Assembly: GCF_030684315.1 (NCBI RefSeq)
Contig: NC_081379.1
Location: 16,894,637-16,958,636, forward strand
DNA: 64,000 bases
From: Stegostoma tigrinum
Lineage: Eukaryota
Direction: 5' to 3'
Positions 12,727 through 26,200 of this stretch are shown one piece after another (position 1 is the first letter of the stretch; the number at the start of each line of letters is the position of its first letter). Made by a program: the position numbers and the translations under genes. The notes beneath the pieces were generated by a model, which did no database searches, was not told the origin of the DNA, and saw only the letters and a list, made by a program, of their open reading frames with translations.

Positions 12727-13705
12727 ATCCTCCGACACTTCCGCCATCTACAATCCGACCCCACCAACCAAGACATTTTTCCATCGCCACACTTGTCTGC
12801 CTTCCGGAGAGACCACTCTCTCCGTGACTCCCTTGTTCGCTCCACACTGCCCTCCAACCCCACCACACCCGGCACCTTCCCCTGCAACCGCAGGAAGTGC
12901 TATACTTGCCCCCACACCTCCACCCTCAACCCTATCCCAGGCCCCAAGATGACTTTCCACATTAAGCAGAGGTTCACCTGCACATCTGCCAATGTAGTAA
13001 ACTGTATCCACTGTACCCAGTGTGGCTTCCTCTACATTGGGGAAACCAAGCGGAGGCTTGGGGACCGCTTTGCAGAACACCTCCGCTCGGTTCGCAATAA
13101 ACAACTGCACCTCCCAGTCGCGAACCATTTTAATTCCCCCTCCCATTCCTTAGATGACATGTCCATCATGGGCCTCCTCCAGTGCCACAATGATGCCACC
13201 CGAAGGTTGCAGGAACAGCAACTGATATTCCGCTTGGGAACCCTGCAGCCCAATGGTATCAATGTGGACTTCACAAACTTCAAAATCTCCCCTTCCCCCA
13301 CTGCATCGCAAAACCAGCCCAGTTCTTCCCCTCCCCCCACTGCATCCCAAAACCAGCCCAGCTCGTCCCCGCCTCCCTAACCTGTTCTTCCTCTCACCTA
13401 TCCCCTCCTCCCACCTCAGGCTGCACCTCTATTTCCCACCTACCAACCTCATCCTGCCTCCTTGACCTGTCTGTCCTCCATGGACTGACCTATCCCCTCC
13501 CTACCTCTCCACCTATACTCTCCTCTCCATCTATCTTCTCCTCTATCCACCTTCAGTCTGCCTCCCTCTCTCTCCCCATTTATTTCAGAACCCTCTCCCC
13601 ATCCCCCTCTCTGATGAAGGGTCTAGCCCCAAAACGTCAGCTTTTGTGCTCACGGGATGCTGCTTGGCCTGCTGTGTTCATCCAGCTTCACACTTTGTTA
13701 TCTCT
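12727..13705 (+). mobile_element. Neptune-type Penelope-like retroelement, 5'-truncated (linker Cys cluster + GIY-YIG endonuclease + 3' UTR)
   Basis: ORF 12679-13380 has PCNRRKCYTC, NVVNCIHCTQCGFLYIGETKRRLGDRFAEH and VANHF. An 11-bp TSD aattttctttc lies at 12716-12726 and 13706-13716. The hammerhead-like motif at 13611-13638 has GAAA mutated to AAAA. Confidence 0.92.
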
Positions 13706-14089
13706 AATTTTCTTTCTCAGTGCTGGTTTCTGTTACATCAGCAATATTTGCTGAAGGGTCTTACACTGATATAACAGCAGGTATATATATGGAAGTGGGG
13801 TTGTTTCATTTTCCCTGTCATTAACATTTAGATTGGGTGAGGGTGTTAACTCCCTGAGAAAAGAGTGTTCTTGTTTATCCATAGGTGGCTGTTAACCTGG
13901 TAAAGAAATTTGTTCCATTGTTATATTGGCCTATCCTTCAAGGTTCTGTTCCAAGGCAGTCCCTTGCTATCTTCACTGTTGCACTGGAGATGGGCAACAA
14001 ATTTTGGTTCAGCCAGCAGTGCCCACATCCAATGGATGAATTTTTTAAAAAATGAACCTGGAGAAAATATCCCACTGGTCAGTCAAACC

Positions 14090-14932
14090 TAGTGTAAAGT
14101 AAGGTGATTGTTATTGGAGGTAGTGTCCCGGGTCCAACCATTCTCACTTGTTTCATCAATGGCCTTCCATCTCATATAAGGTCAAAAATAGATATGTTTG
14201 GCAGATCTTTGAGTGATCTGTGCTAAGATGTAGCAAGACATGGACATCATTCAAGTTTGGTCTGATAAGTGGGATTTAACTTTCCTGACACCCAAGTGAC
14301 AGACAATGGTTATCACCAACAAAAGAGAATCTAACCATTACCACTTAACATTCAATGGCATAGCTGTCACTAAATTTCCCCTCTATCATCATCCTGGGGG
14401 TTATCATTGTCCAGGGACTGAATTGAACCAGTCTTATAAATAAAATGATTACACGAGTAAGTTAGAGGCAAGGAACTCTTGTGGCAAGTAACTCACTCCT
14501 TGTCTCCTGAAAGCCTGTCTAAAAATTACAAAGCAGGAGCATGATGAGATATTCTCCAGATCCTGAAACATTCAAGAAACTTGACACCATCCATGACAAA
14601 GTAGCATGCTTGACTGACACTTTGTTCACATTGGCAGCAATGTACACTATCTTCAAGATGCTCATCAACCTTCTCCAACAACATCTTCCAAACCCTTAGA
14701 AGGACAGGGGGACAACCACCTGCAAACTCACCATCCAACAACTCACAATCCTGTCTTGGAAATACAGCACTATCCTTCAATATCATTGAGTCAAAATCCT
14801 GGAACACCCTTCCTAACATGATACTATGTGTGTTCCTACACCCCAAGAACTGCAGTGTTCAAGAAGGCAATTGGAGATGGGAAATGAATGTTGGCATATC
14901 AATGTCCATACTCCATGAATGAATTTAAAAAA
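14090..14932 (+). mobile_element. 3' part of the tRNA-headed CR1-group LINE family
   Basis: Colinear with 59450-60465 and ends ggcaattggagatgggaaatgaatgttggc...atgaatgaatttaaaaa. Confidence 0.75.
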
Positions 14933-16144
14933 TATATCTCAGTAAGGAATCAACCATCATAGAAAGTGAAAGTAAAAAGGAAAAAAAGGGAAAAATATTA
15001 AATTCAGGTAAAGAAATAGTTAACCGCACAATGTGCGTCTAGCATGGTTATTTGGATTATATTCGTACAGTGGTAAAATCTATGGATTTTCTTTGTCAAA
15101 ACTATGTTTGGTTTTTCAGGCTCCTGTCACGTTGTGATATTTACAACAGTTTCAATAATATCTAACATAAAAGATCATTTAGGAATGTCTACTGCTTCCA
15201 GTTGAACTTAATTCTCCAACCAAATGTCAAGTACTTGTTAATGGGCCCTTGTGTTTTTAGATATAAATCATTAACAATTGAAAACCAGATTCAATACTAA
15301 GCTTTGTTCTATCTAACATTGCTTGCTGCAGCTGCTGTTTCCCTGGTTGCTGCCTGTGGCTTGTCAGTTGGTAATGTTGCAGTTCCTCCTTTGTGGTCCA
15401 CCCCATAGCAGAATAGCAGAACCCACGCCCCATTATGCTGGTATTTTATGTTTCTGAAATCTTCGGTAATTTCTTCCTCTCCAACATTTTCATTCCAGAG
15501 GTCACAAAAACTTACCGTTGCATTTGTATACATTTGTTTAAGGCTGACAGGTGTCATCCCTATTGGGTAAATGGCTGTTTTTGGCCTCAGTGGCTAACTA
15601 CTGTTCACTCGCATCCTTGAATTGATCAGTTCCAGATACGGTGAGGGTCACATACACTGCTAGGAACATACTATCTTCTTTGGAAATGGTTGGGTAATTG
15701 GTGCATTAACAAATACAATTGTTTTCCCACAGCTGCTTGGCAGGTTATTGACAGCACTCATAAACAGTCCATGGAATAAAGGAGGAGGAAGTAGAATATA
15801 ACAGAACATTGGCCCACCTTTCTTTCCCATTTTTCCTGGCTCCTCTTGTTGTAATATGAATTATTTGGAACTCTTGTGCTAGCTCAGGCCAATTTTCTGC
15901 TTACTCTTACACAACACTTAACAGACTGTACATGATGGTAAGACTACAGAGCATCATGCTCTGCACAATGCAAATTGTAACCCACCAGCAGAGTCCTACC
16001 ATATTTACATCAAAGCTTATCTCAGAGGTTCATTTAAATAGTAATTAAACCCAACCTCTATACTCCTAATCTTCAAACCCACCTCTTCAGGCTTGGGCAG
16101 TTTCCTACCAAAGTTTCTGTTATCTAATCACTGAATCCACTTTC

Positions 16145-16280
16145 TGTTCTAAGGATGGGTCACTTGACCCAAAATGTGAACTCTGATTTCTCCCCTCAGA
16201 TGCTGCCAGACCTGCTGAGCTTTTCCAGCGACTTCTGTTTTTGTTCCTGATTTACAGCAGCCACAGTTCCTTTCGTTTTA
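16145..16280 (+). mobile_element. PLE 3'-end remnant (older subfamily) with decayed hammerhead and tail
   Basis: ctaaggatgggtcacttgacccaaaatgtgaactctg...cagatgctgccagacctgctgagc. Related copies lie at ~24374-24480(-), ~26023-26128(+), ~32825-32945(-) and ~43350-43478(+). Confidence 0.7.
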
Positions 16281-17924
16281 ATTTTCCGTTCTACTCTTTT
16301 CAGTTTGGTGACTATCTACACCATGGATTGTGGTCTTTTAATGAGGTATCTCATTTTTAAAAATGGCCTGATGAAAGCAGTAGACTGAGAGTGGTTTCAT
16401 TATGATGGGTAAGCACCAAACAAATTTCCCATGTCACTAAGCAACAGGCTCAGATTGGCACCGCAGGATACCCATGAGCAAATTCACATCCTTGTCACCC
16501 CCTAGTATTTGATATTCTTTCTCAAATATGAAGAATAAAACTCAATGATAGTTCAGCATTTTTAATGTCGTTCTAGGCTCGGAACATTGCCTATTTTTTG
16601 TGTTTGGGCGAGTAAGGAATGTCAATGCTTGGGAAAGGGATACTTTCTACCAACACCTAGTGTTGGAATCAGACACTTGCAGGCCTAAAGAAATATATCA
16701 AAGTCGAGCTAGTTACTCTGCTTAACTAATTTGTTTCCATTACAATCTCAGAAAAAAAAATTCTCTGCTGCATCATGACATTCCCATTCCCTTAAAAACA
16801 ACTTTTTGGTGCAGAATGTCAATTCACAATCCTTTAATATTCAATAAAGTTCAGATTTATACACCTGTTGAAATGATTTTAATCTACTTTACCTGCAACT
16901 CTTTCCTTGACAAAGATTAAACACATTAACCATGAATATAGGCTGAACTCAAACTCAATTTCACGCCTTCCTCTCAAAAAAAGTAAATTCAGTGTAAGAA
17001 TGTCATTCCATCCACTCTGTGGTAATCATTGAAATAAGTTGTTAATGTCATAAATTTGATAATTCACATGAAGCTTTTAAAAGCCCAAGGCTTTCTTTAA
17101 TGTAGAAAGTATTTAATACTATTTAATAAATGACTGGATAAATCTAATGTAATCTAGCTCTCTTTTATAGTGTATTGCAGCGAGTGTCAAGTTTCAAAAT
17201 TAAATTGGAGTCAAACATTAAAAGAGATCCTGGATATGTTAAGAACTCATAAACATTTTGATGTTTCTGCCATCATTTTATTACTTGTTGACAGCTATAT
17301 TTAAAAAAAGGGGAACTGTAGCTATAATTTACGTTTAAACATAATAGATATTAAATCCATTTACATAAGCTTTTAGGAAAATTAATGAGTGCTGGCTTCA
17401 CAATGTTCTCCAGACTAATGTTCAAAGCAGTTCCAGAAGTAGGAGGCTAAAACCCCTGGAGCACAGAAGGTGGCATTAAGATAATGAGCAATAATAACAC
17501 TATGACATCGTATAGTTTAAAGAATTTCTTTCGTGTTATGGACTCATTTTGGCTCTGTTCTATCACTAACAAGATGTATCTCAAAATAGTATCATTTGTC
17601 ACCAGGAAAGCAAAGAGCAGAAGCACTCCAAAGGTGAAAGACTTCTTTTGTCACAATGTTGCAACTCGACCTCAAATATTTTGTACATTCAATTCAACTT
17701 TACCCGTGAAAGGTGACTTTTGTGAACAGCATGACTACAAAGCATTGGGATGTTATAACTCACTATAACATTGATGTACCATGTTTGATATATCATGCAG
17801 TATGAATTGTAAGACTTAGAATTAATGCAACCCCACAATGCATTAGTCAACTTATATGCACAAAGTAATGTGATGGCAAGCCATTCAAAGTAGAAAGATC
17901 TCAAATTTTATTTCCAGACAAATG

Positions 17925-18753
17925 TAAAGTGGGTAATTTCTGTCAAAAGATGGGCAGAAAGGCAAAATCTCTCTGAACAAAGGTTACAAAACAAAACCCT
18001 ACTCATTCTACATTTCTGTATAACAATCCAATAGCATGTTTATCATGAAACCCTTTGGTTCCAGATACTTATATCTTTTTAGTCACTTCAGGGAATGAAG
18101 TCTGACTATTTTTAAATTTGATTTTATGGCTGTTCTGTTTTGCAGGTTTAGAGGCGGTTTTGATTTTTCGCTGGGGCAATGCTGCTATGGAATAAACTGC
18201 TCAACTTGTATCTGCTGTTTCTGAAGCAGCTTTGTGGTGAACTCAGCAAGTAACCTGATTGTCCTCTTGAAAAGCAACTGAAAGATGTCTTTATATTGTT
18301 TTTGAAACAAATTGTGTCTACTAGGATCCCAGAGACAACTGCCTACATTTGATGACACCCATCTACACATGCAAGATCAGACTGATAGCCATCAAAACAT
18401 TTCAAATTTTATCCCGCATGCCTTCAAGAACTAAGGCTTAATGGACTCAGGCTTTTTTTTCAGTGAATCTCTGCACCCTTTAGCTGTGTGGCTGAGTGTG
18501 TGAGGTTTCATTATTTATATTTATTGTTTTCATATTACAAAATAAGTGTGTTAACTCATTTTGAGTTGACTTTTCTATGAATAAATTTTACTTCATAAAA
18601 TATTCAATATTTAAAGAACTTGGTCGGCAGATCTTTTGAGTCTAATATGGAGGAAGTATATGATTGGACAAATCAAGAACCGTGTAAAACAAATAATTTT
18701 ACATTGTGACCAATGGAATTAGAAATTACATTCCTTCCATCTCGATCATAACA
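17925..18753 (+). mobile_element. Possible solo LTR
   Basis: Ends ...ctcgatcataaCA with an upstream aataaa and has LTR-like composition. The 5' TG boundary and a TSD are not confirmed. Confidence 0.3.
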
Positions 18754-21228
18754 CATTTGGAAGTTTAATTTCACTTTACAACTTACCAGCAAAAATCAAT
18801 AAATCATCAACTATATACAATAGTGGTAATTCAGATCTATGTTTGTTGCTTTGTTGGGAGTTGGATAAGTCTTGAAAGGGTGTAGGAGAAATTTGGCATA
18901 CTGAGGGTTAACTATTAAGGAAACATTTTGTGTGGTTTCGAGAATATTCTTGTTTTTTAAGTAATCTGTTGAGATGATCACGGGCTAATCCTGTCAATCA
19001 GCCCAACACTCCCCACCCCTCGAAACTGACTTGGAATTTAGAAGTAAGTAGTGGATTACCTCATCATCTGGCGAATACTAGCAGGCAGCAAGTAGGTGGG
19101 TGTAAGGATCATTTCCTATGGGTTTATGGACGGTGTCATCAGGAACTAGCAGAAATAATTTCTTCTGAAAAAACAGGCGTGTTACATCAGGAACAATCAG
19201 TTTCTCATTGTTCCCGAGTGGGCAAGTAACCTGGGCAATTTTAACTGTCCAAAACAGACCCCACCTACACCCTGCCCCATTTTGACCACGTGCTGTGTTA
19301 AAACCAGCCTTTTAGTTCAGAGATAATATCATTAGTCTTTAAGGTTACACATTTCTTTTCAGAGAACTTGTAAAGTTTCACTGTCTTTAGAATGCTGTTT
19401 ACAAATCTACCACTCATACTTCAGGAACAGATGGCTGTTAATTACATTAGTAATAACCTTACAGTTCATTCTGCGCAGCTTTATCACCTGAATTTTACAT
19501 TTCCGTTTAAAATTATTTTGCGACGTTTGAGCACACATAATCACAGTCAAGACTTTCCAACAACTTCCCACCTTCTGGTCTATATTTTTATAAGTTTGCT
19601 TAAATGTTTTCTCTATTCCTTACATTTATTAACTGCATTTTCCATTCTCTGATGGCCCAGAGGAACATTTCAAATGAACTTCAGACTCTGCAGTCTGCAC
19701 AGACACAGCCCAATGTCAACAGTTTGCCAATAATTCACAACTGGGAGCAATGTCGGTATGAAAATTCTTCTAATTAACAAGATTGGCATTAAGGTTACCC
19801 ATACTGCACTTCCTTGATGACTAAGGAGAAAAAATATAGGTGGCATTGTACAGAGAGATATAATTCAAATAGGCTTAATCCGTAATTCACACTAATTTTA
19901 CCAGTCTCAAATTGGATGTTGTCAGCGGCTGCAGATTGTTTGGGCAGAAGGAGAGGAGAGAGTGAATGGAGAATGAGGTTGTCCTCTCTGACTCTTAATC
20001 GTCATTGGTCTCTAGTGACTCTGGTTGGAAGTTTCATGCACAAGATGAGAACAGAAATGAGTTTGCCTGTGGTGGCCCTCACAGTCACTCAGCTTGCTGA
20101 GTATCAGGGTAAAGTCAGATTGGACTTGCAGTGTTTTCTCTGTTTCTCTCATCACAAATGCTGCCAAGGCATCTTAAGTTTCTCCTGCACTTACTGATTT
20201 TTTAAAATTTCAGATATCCAGTGTCTGAAACATTTTGCTTCTATTGTTCATATTCTTCATTTGTTATCCTTCAGATTCAATGACAGTGTTTGTGGTCAGA
20301 CTTATTGAGATAGGAAAAACATACTTGGGCAATGATAAGTTTGCTGAGTTAAAACTGAAGAAGAAAAGTAGAAATGGGCAGAGCAACGATGAGAACAGAA
20401 GAAGAGAAAATGTTGTCATTTTTTAAAGGATAAATTAAATCGAGAAGAATCAGAGATGCTTAAAGTGAGTTTGGACAAATTGCTTGGAAATTGAATGATA
20501 AACCTGAGTCTTTTGAATTTTTGCCGATCTTTGATAAGTACAATGATCTGGATTTTTAATATTGGTTTTGGCAGAGCTTCAGCATATAATCAAAGCAAAT
20601 AACGTTTTGGCATCATAAGGTGGGGATAATTTATTCCAGCTTCCTGCCCCAAAATCATGTCCTGCAAATTTCCTTGTACGATTATATCTTTTCTCAATCC
20701 ATCTGTTGAGTTCTGAGTGAGATTGCACATGTGCTAAAATGCAGGCTAATGCCACTGCAACGTTATGTTTACTGTTTTCATGCTGTCCAAGAAGTAAGAG
20801 TTATTTTGATTGAGATCTATAAGGAGCTATTCTTACTGGGATCACGTGAGACAAGTGGAAGTGAGGACCTTCAGTGTTGGAAGATTGGGGAATGTTTCAG
20901 TAACTATTTCTGTAGCAACCAATTATTTTTCAGGTTCTATTTGGCACTCTGCCAATATTGCCTGAATATGTTTCTTCTATCAGGAAGACACCTCTTCACC
21001 TGAACCTGAGGTCTCCCCAGATGTAGGAACAGCCTTCCTTATGGGCATTCCTTGTATCCTTGGTCCAGGATCAGCCACAATACATTTCTGGAGGGTTGGT
21101 CCCCCTAGTTAGTAACCCCACAATAGCCCCACCCAATAGAATATGCAGGTGTTTCTGCTCAATGATAAATGAATCCATATAACATGCACACCATCAAGAA
21201 TCAACTGGGGAGCTCAGCTATTGTCTGG

Positions 21229-21493
21229 GCAAGATGTTGGCGGAGTAGGACACTCCAACTGGAACTCCTCCATTCCTTCTGTTTATATCCCATTTTCTTC
21301 TCTCTTCTCCCTTGCTGGTGTTCACGCCTGAGGAAGAGGGTGCTGGAGGCATGGAGTGGAGCAGGCTGGGGGAGCGATTGGAGCGGGGATGGCCAGCGGG
21401 CTGGAGGCCTGTGTTGTCAGTACATTGTTAACTTTTCACTATACTCTTGTCCTTCTGTACACATGACAATAAAGGATATTCTATTCTATTCTA
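21229..21493 (+). mobile_element. Short non-autonomous retroelement with Rex1-like 3' end
   Basis: Starts caagatgttggcggagtaggac and ends gtacacatgacaataaa..(attct)n, resembling the 3' end of the Rex1 copy at 4910-4940. Confidence 0.5.
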
Positions 21494-21680
21494 CAAAAAG
21501 GCACCAAAGCCACGATCATCTGCCTGAAAACTATAGTTATGAAGGGAATGAACACACTTGACTTTTATGATACAGGCTCATGCTTGAAAGCCTTGGGGGA
21601 AATCGGTGTATTATTAGTCAGGGTGCAGTCTGGGAGAGTCAGGTGAGAACTGAGAAATTCATCACTTTGATCTTTATAAT

Positions 21681-22692
21681 AAGACCATCAGACCATAAGA
21701 CATAGGAGTGGAAGTAAGGCCATTTGGCCCATCAAGTCCACTCCACCATTTAAATCATAACTGATGGGCATTTCAACTCCACTTCCCTGCACTTTCCCTG
21801 TAGCCCTTGATTCCTTCTGAGATCAAGAATTTGTTGATCTCTGCCTTGAAGGCATCCAACGTCCCAGCCTCCACTGCACTCCGTGGCAATGAATTCCATA
21901 AGCCCACCACTCTCTGGCTGAAGAAATGTCATCTCATTTCAGTTTTAAATTTACCCCCTCTAATTTTAAGGCTGTGCCCACGGGTCCTAGTCTCCCCGCC
22001 TAACGGAAACAACTTCCTAGCGTCCACCCCTTCTAAACCATACATTATCTTGTAAGTTTCTATTAGATCTCCCCTCAACCTTCTAAACTCTAATGAGTAC
22101 AATCCTAGGATCCTTAGCCGTTCATCATACATTAAACCTACCATTCCAGGGATCATCCGTGTGAATCTCCGCTGGACAAGCTCCAGGGCTGGTATGTCCT
22201 TCCTGAGGTGTGGGGCCCAAAATTGAACACAGTATTCTAAATGGGGCCTAACTAGAGCTTTATAAAGTCTCAGAAGCACATCGCTGCTTTTATATTCCAA
22301 CCTTCTTGAGATAAACGACAAAACTTTACATTCGCTTTCTTAATTATGGACTCTACCTGCAAGTTAACCTTTAGAGAATCCTGTACCAACACTCCCAGAT
22401 CCCTTTGTACTTCTGCTTTGTGAATTTTCTCACCATTTAGAAAATAGTCCATGCCTGTATTCTTTTTTCTAAAGTGCAACACCTCACATTTACTCACATT
22501 GAATTTCATCAGCCATTTCCTGGGCCACTCTCCTAAACTGTCTAAATCTTTCTGCAGCTTCCCCACCTCTTCAGTGCTACCTGCCTGTCCACCTATCTTT
22601 GTATCATCGGCAAACTTCGCCAGAATGCCCCCAGTCCCTTCATCCAAGTCATTAATGTATAAGGTGAACAGCTGCGGCCCCAACACTGAACC
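21681..22692 (-). mobile_element. Young CR1 LINE, 5'-truncated (RT C-terminal half, one frameshift)
   Basis: ORFs 22270-22719 (GSVLGPQLF..YINDLD..KFADDTK) and 21929-22321 (LYKALVRPHLEYCVQFW..RRLRGDLIE), with a (ttatggtc)-type tail. Confidence 0.93.
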
Positions 22693-22764
22693 TAATAAGG
22701 CAAGAACAAGATTGAGCAATCAAATTTTACAGGATTCTTTCTTTTTGAAACCAGGGTCCCAGTT

Positions 22765-23030
22765 ACAACAATGTCAATAATCACACACCAGGTTTATAGT
22801 CCAATTGGTTTATTTGAAATCACAAGCTTTCTAAGCACTGCTCCCTCATCAGGTGCAGTGAGAGAGGGTACACAGACACAGGGTTTATGGCCAGAGAGAC
22901 CTAAGGATCATATAACTGGTGTGATTGTGAACAAATGCAAATGGCTGATGGAGAACTCTGTTGGAAAGGAGACACAAGTTTCGATTGATTAAGATGCAAA
23001 TTCCAGAATCTGCTTTGAATCACTATGAAA
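22765..23030 (-). mobile_element. 3' end of another PLE family with hammerhead motif
   Basis: The minus strand reads cacCTGATGAgggagcagtgcttaGAAAgcttgtg (22821-22855), followed by aataaa and ttggactataaacctggtgtgtga. Confidence 0.65.
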
Positions 23031-23494
23031 TGACGACTGCAATTAGACGTATTGGAAGTAAGAGGAAGAAAAAAATCTTACTGATGTCAAACAGGTGACA
23101 TGGGTGACACATAAATGTAAATGATCTTGCATCTTTGTAAATGATATAAACTTGAATTCTTAAAATATCCACTCTAGTGTCTTTGCCACTGTCATATCAA
23201 GAGATGAGTAGCCACTTTAGACATCTTAAATATGAAATAATTTTTTATGGCTAAGCATTGCTCATCTCACAAGCAACCAAATTCCTGACTGAAGAAAGCC
23301 TCAGAAGCCAGGGGTCTTAACCATGTTGTTAATAACTACAGTGGGGGGAATTAAGGGCAATAACTGGAAAATGTGGGCATCAAATGCAAACATGTCAGTC
23401 ATGATCTTAAACAAAATACCAAAAGAAATCCAGAATCTCTCTTTGATGGTCACATATAGCTTAAATATTAAAGAAACTTGTGGCTACCAGTGAG

Positions 23495-23580
23495 CCATCA
23501 GGCCTGGGTTCAAGTCCCATCTACTCCAGAAACATGTAATAACATCTCCTATGAACAGGCTGATGAGAAAATATTTAAAA
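23495..23580 (+). mobile_element. Short tRNA-SINE fragment
   Basis: B-box ggttcaagtcc followed by taataacatctc..gaacagg. The same family is on the - strand at ~23884-23965 and ~62538-62650. Confidence 0.6.
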
Positions 23581-24289
23581 TGTCTTTAAATTAAACATTG
23601 ATGGGTGAAAACCTTTCTAGTTGACAAACTCTGCAGATTGGTGATAAAGTGTCTTAAAGCAATATGGGTACATTCGATAGTGGCTGCATCTGGGAGAAGT
23701 CAGCAATGATGGAGAATGCAACAACCCACGTTGTTTGACTCTCCTCAGTGACATCCCAGATGCATTTATGGGTCGAGGATTGAGAGATGCCAAAGTGAGC
23801 CACTGACAGACAAGTTTAGGGTAGCTGTGACCTCGAAAGGAATGCAGTGTCATTCAGATATGCTGAATGCCAATCATGCTTTTAGATATTTCTAACCAAC
23901 CTGTTCAGAGATGTTATTACTCACCTCTGGAACAAATGGGACTAAGACACTACACTGCTTCACAAGAGGCCAGCAGGTGATATTTGTAAGTTACTTTCTC
24001 TAATTACATTTGTTTAACTGACATGAAAAGGAGGCAACGAGTGTGAACAATGTAGTGGTTATGATTGTTTGAGGCCATAGTTGTCAAATGAGTGGCATTG
24101 CTGAATCAATAGATACATGAGTAATCCAGTTGCCCCAGAGCATCTCAAATGCCAATGCTTTAACTCCATTTCTGAAGAAACAAATCAGTAATTTACTCTA
24201 TAACTAATGGCTGCCATTTTGCAAAATTATTGCAGTTATATTTGTTTCGGAAATGGCACAAGTTGATGATTTTATGATTTTATGACTGA

Positions 24290-25110
24290 TTTACATATGA
24301 ATATACAAACTAGGAGTGGATATTGACAACTCAGCCCCTCAAACCTATTCTAATGTTCAACAAGATCATGACTCAAACAAAAACAGAAATTGCTGGAAAA
24401 AGTCAGCAGGTCTGGCAGCATCTGTGGAGAGAAATCAGAGTTAACATTTCAGATCTGGTGGCCCTTCTTCAGAACCCTTCAGTTGGTCCTTAGCACGTTT
24501 GTTTATATGCTGTACCTGCATACTATTCTTTTGTGACTTGTGACTCATTTTGTGACATCTAAATCACTTTGCATCTTGGAATTCTGCAGTCATATATCAG
24601 GTTTCTTTTATTTTATTTATTGATGTTTCAGGTCCAGTGACCCTTCCTCAGAACTGCTAAATTAATCTAAATTAAATTAAATTAATCTGAATTAAACGTA
24701 AATAAAAGTTTTTTTTAATCTTCATGCCAAAATGAACAACTTCACACTTTCCACATTATGTTTCATGTGCTAGATTTTTGCCGATTCACTTAGCCTATCT
24801 ATATACTTCAGCAACTTACTTATATTTTCTTTACACTGCACTTCACGCCTATCTTGGTGCTGTTTACAAAACTAGTTGCAATGATCTTGTTCCACCATCG
24901 TTGATATAAATAGTAAAAATTTGAGGTCCCAGGACAGACTCTTTCAAAAATCTACTTGTTACACCAAGCCAATCAAATATCTATTTATGCATTCTCCTTG
25001 TTTTCTACAAGCCAGACAGTCTTTTCTTCACACTCATAATACCTCCCACATCATGAGCCTTTATTTGTTGCAATAACCTTTGATGTGGCATCTTATCAAA
25101 TGCCTGTTAG
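24290..25110 (-). mobile_element. Old CR1 fragment with nested PLE remnants
   Basis: CR1-type tail (catatgaatatacaaactaggagtgga..) and RT remnant (ttgatgtggcatcttatcaaatgcc = AFDK.PH on the minus strand). Confidence 0.6.
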
Positions 25111-25574
25111 CTCAATCTGAGATGCAAGATGATATGCCCCATCCTTCATGTTCCTTTTTGCATTGCTGTCCTGTGGCCCATGACCTTTTGGTCTCTCCCA
25201 ATTGCTGTTTAACCCTTTCTATAATAAATTCCTGTCTATATTTTATACACAGAGCCTGGACATTTCTGATTTCCCAAGCCCTTGTTGGCTCTACACTCTC
25301 TCCATGTAGACGTCACATTAATCTTGACCTGCAAAAATTGCACTTCCTGGAGCTTTGTGTCTCCTCCAATGGTCTATCAGGACACATCTTGAATTCCTCC
25401 ATTTCATTATCATTCTCTCAGCAATCCAGTCTAGTGAATTCCACTGTTTTCTGTTTCCCTAAGACTCAGCTATTTCCAAAGTCTCAGAACTGACCATTGC
25501 CTACTCCTGGCCAAGGCACCTCTGACTGAGCACAATCCAGCCCCCAGTCTGACATCTCCATTGTACCTTGACAC

Positions 25575-26200
25575 CTTGCTATAGGAAAGATGTTGTTAAA
25601 CTTGAAAAGGTGCGGAAAAGATTTACAAAGACATTGTTAATGTTGGCAGGTTTAATCTAAAGGGAGAGGCTGAATATGTTGGGACTTTATTCCCTGGAGC
25701 ACTGGAGGCTGAGGGTTGATCTTGTAGAGGTTTATAAAACTAGGAAGGGCATGGATAGGATGAATAGCAAGGGCTTTTTTACCAGGGTGGCAGTTCCAAA
25801 ACTAGAGGGCACAGGTTTAAGGTGAGAGAGCAAAGATTTAAAGGAGACTTGAGGGGCAACATTTTCACTCAGAGGGTGGTGTGTAAATGGAACGAGCTGC
25901 CAGTGGAGGTGATGGAGGTTGGTATAATACAACATTTAAAAGGAATTTGGATGGGTACATGAATAGGAAGCATTGAGAGGGATATGGGACAAATGCTGGC
26001 AAATGGGGCTAGTTTAATTTAGCAGTTCTGAGGAAGGGTCACTGGACATGAAACATTAAATCTGATTTCTCTTCATAGATGCTGCCAGACCTGGTGAGCT
26101 TTTTCAGCAACTTCTGTTTTGTTTCCAGATTAATTTAGGATATCTGTTGGCATGTACGAGTTGGGCTGAAAGGTCTGTTTCTGTGCTGTGTAACACTACG
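25575..26200 (+). mobile_element. CR1 3' fragment with nested PLE remnant (~26023-26128, ttaatttag duplication)
   Basis: RLR.DL.EVYK and TRGHRFK..F..DLRGN.FTQRVV-type motifs, with a 3' UTR like that of 8350-8604. Confidence 0.85.

Noticed and set aside
12679-13380. 233-aa ORF as a domesticated GIY-YIG nuclease gene
   Set aside because: The ATG is a chance in-frame codon in flanking DNA outside the TSD, the first motif Tyr is mutated (VVY to VVN), and the sequence is a typical TE copy.
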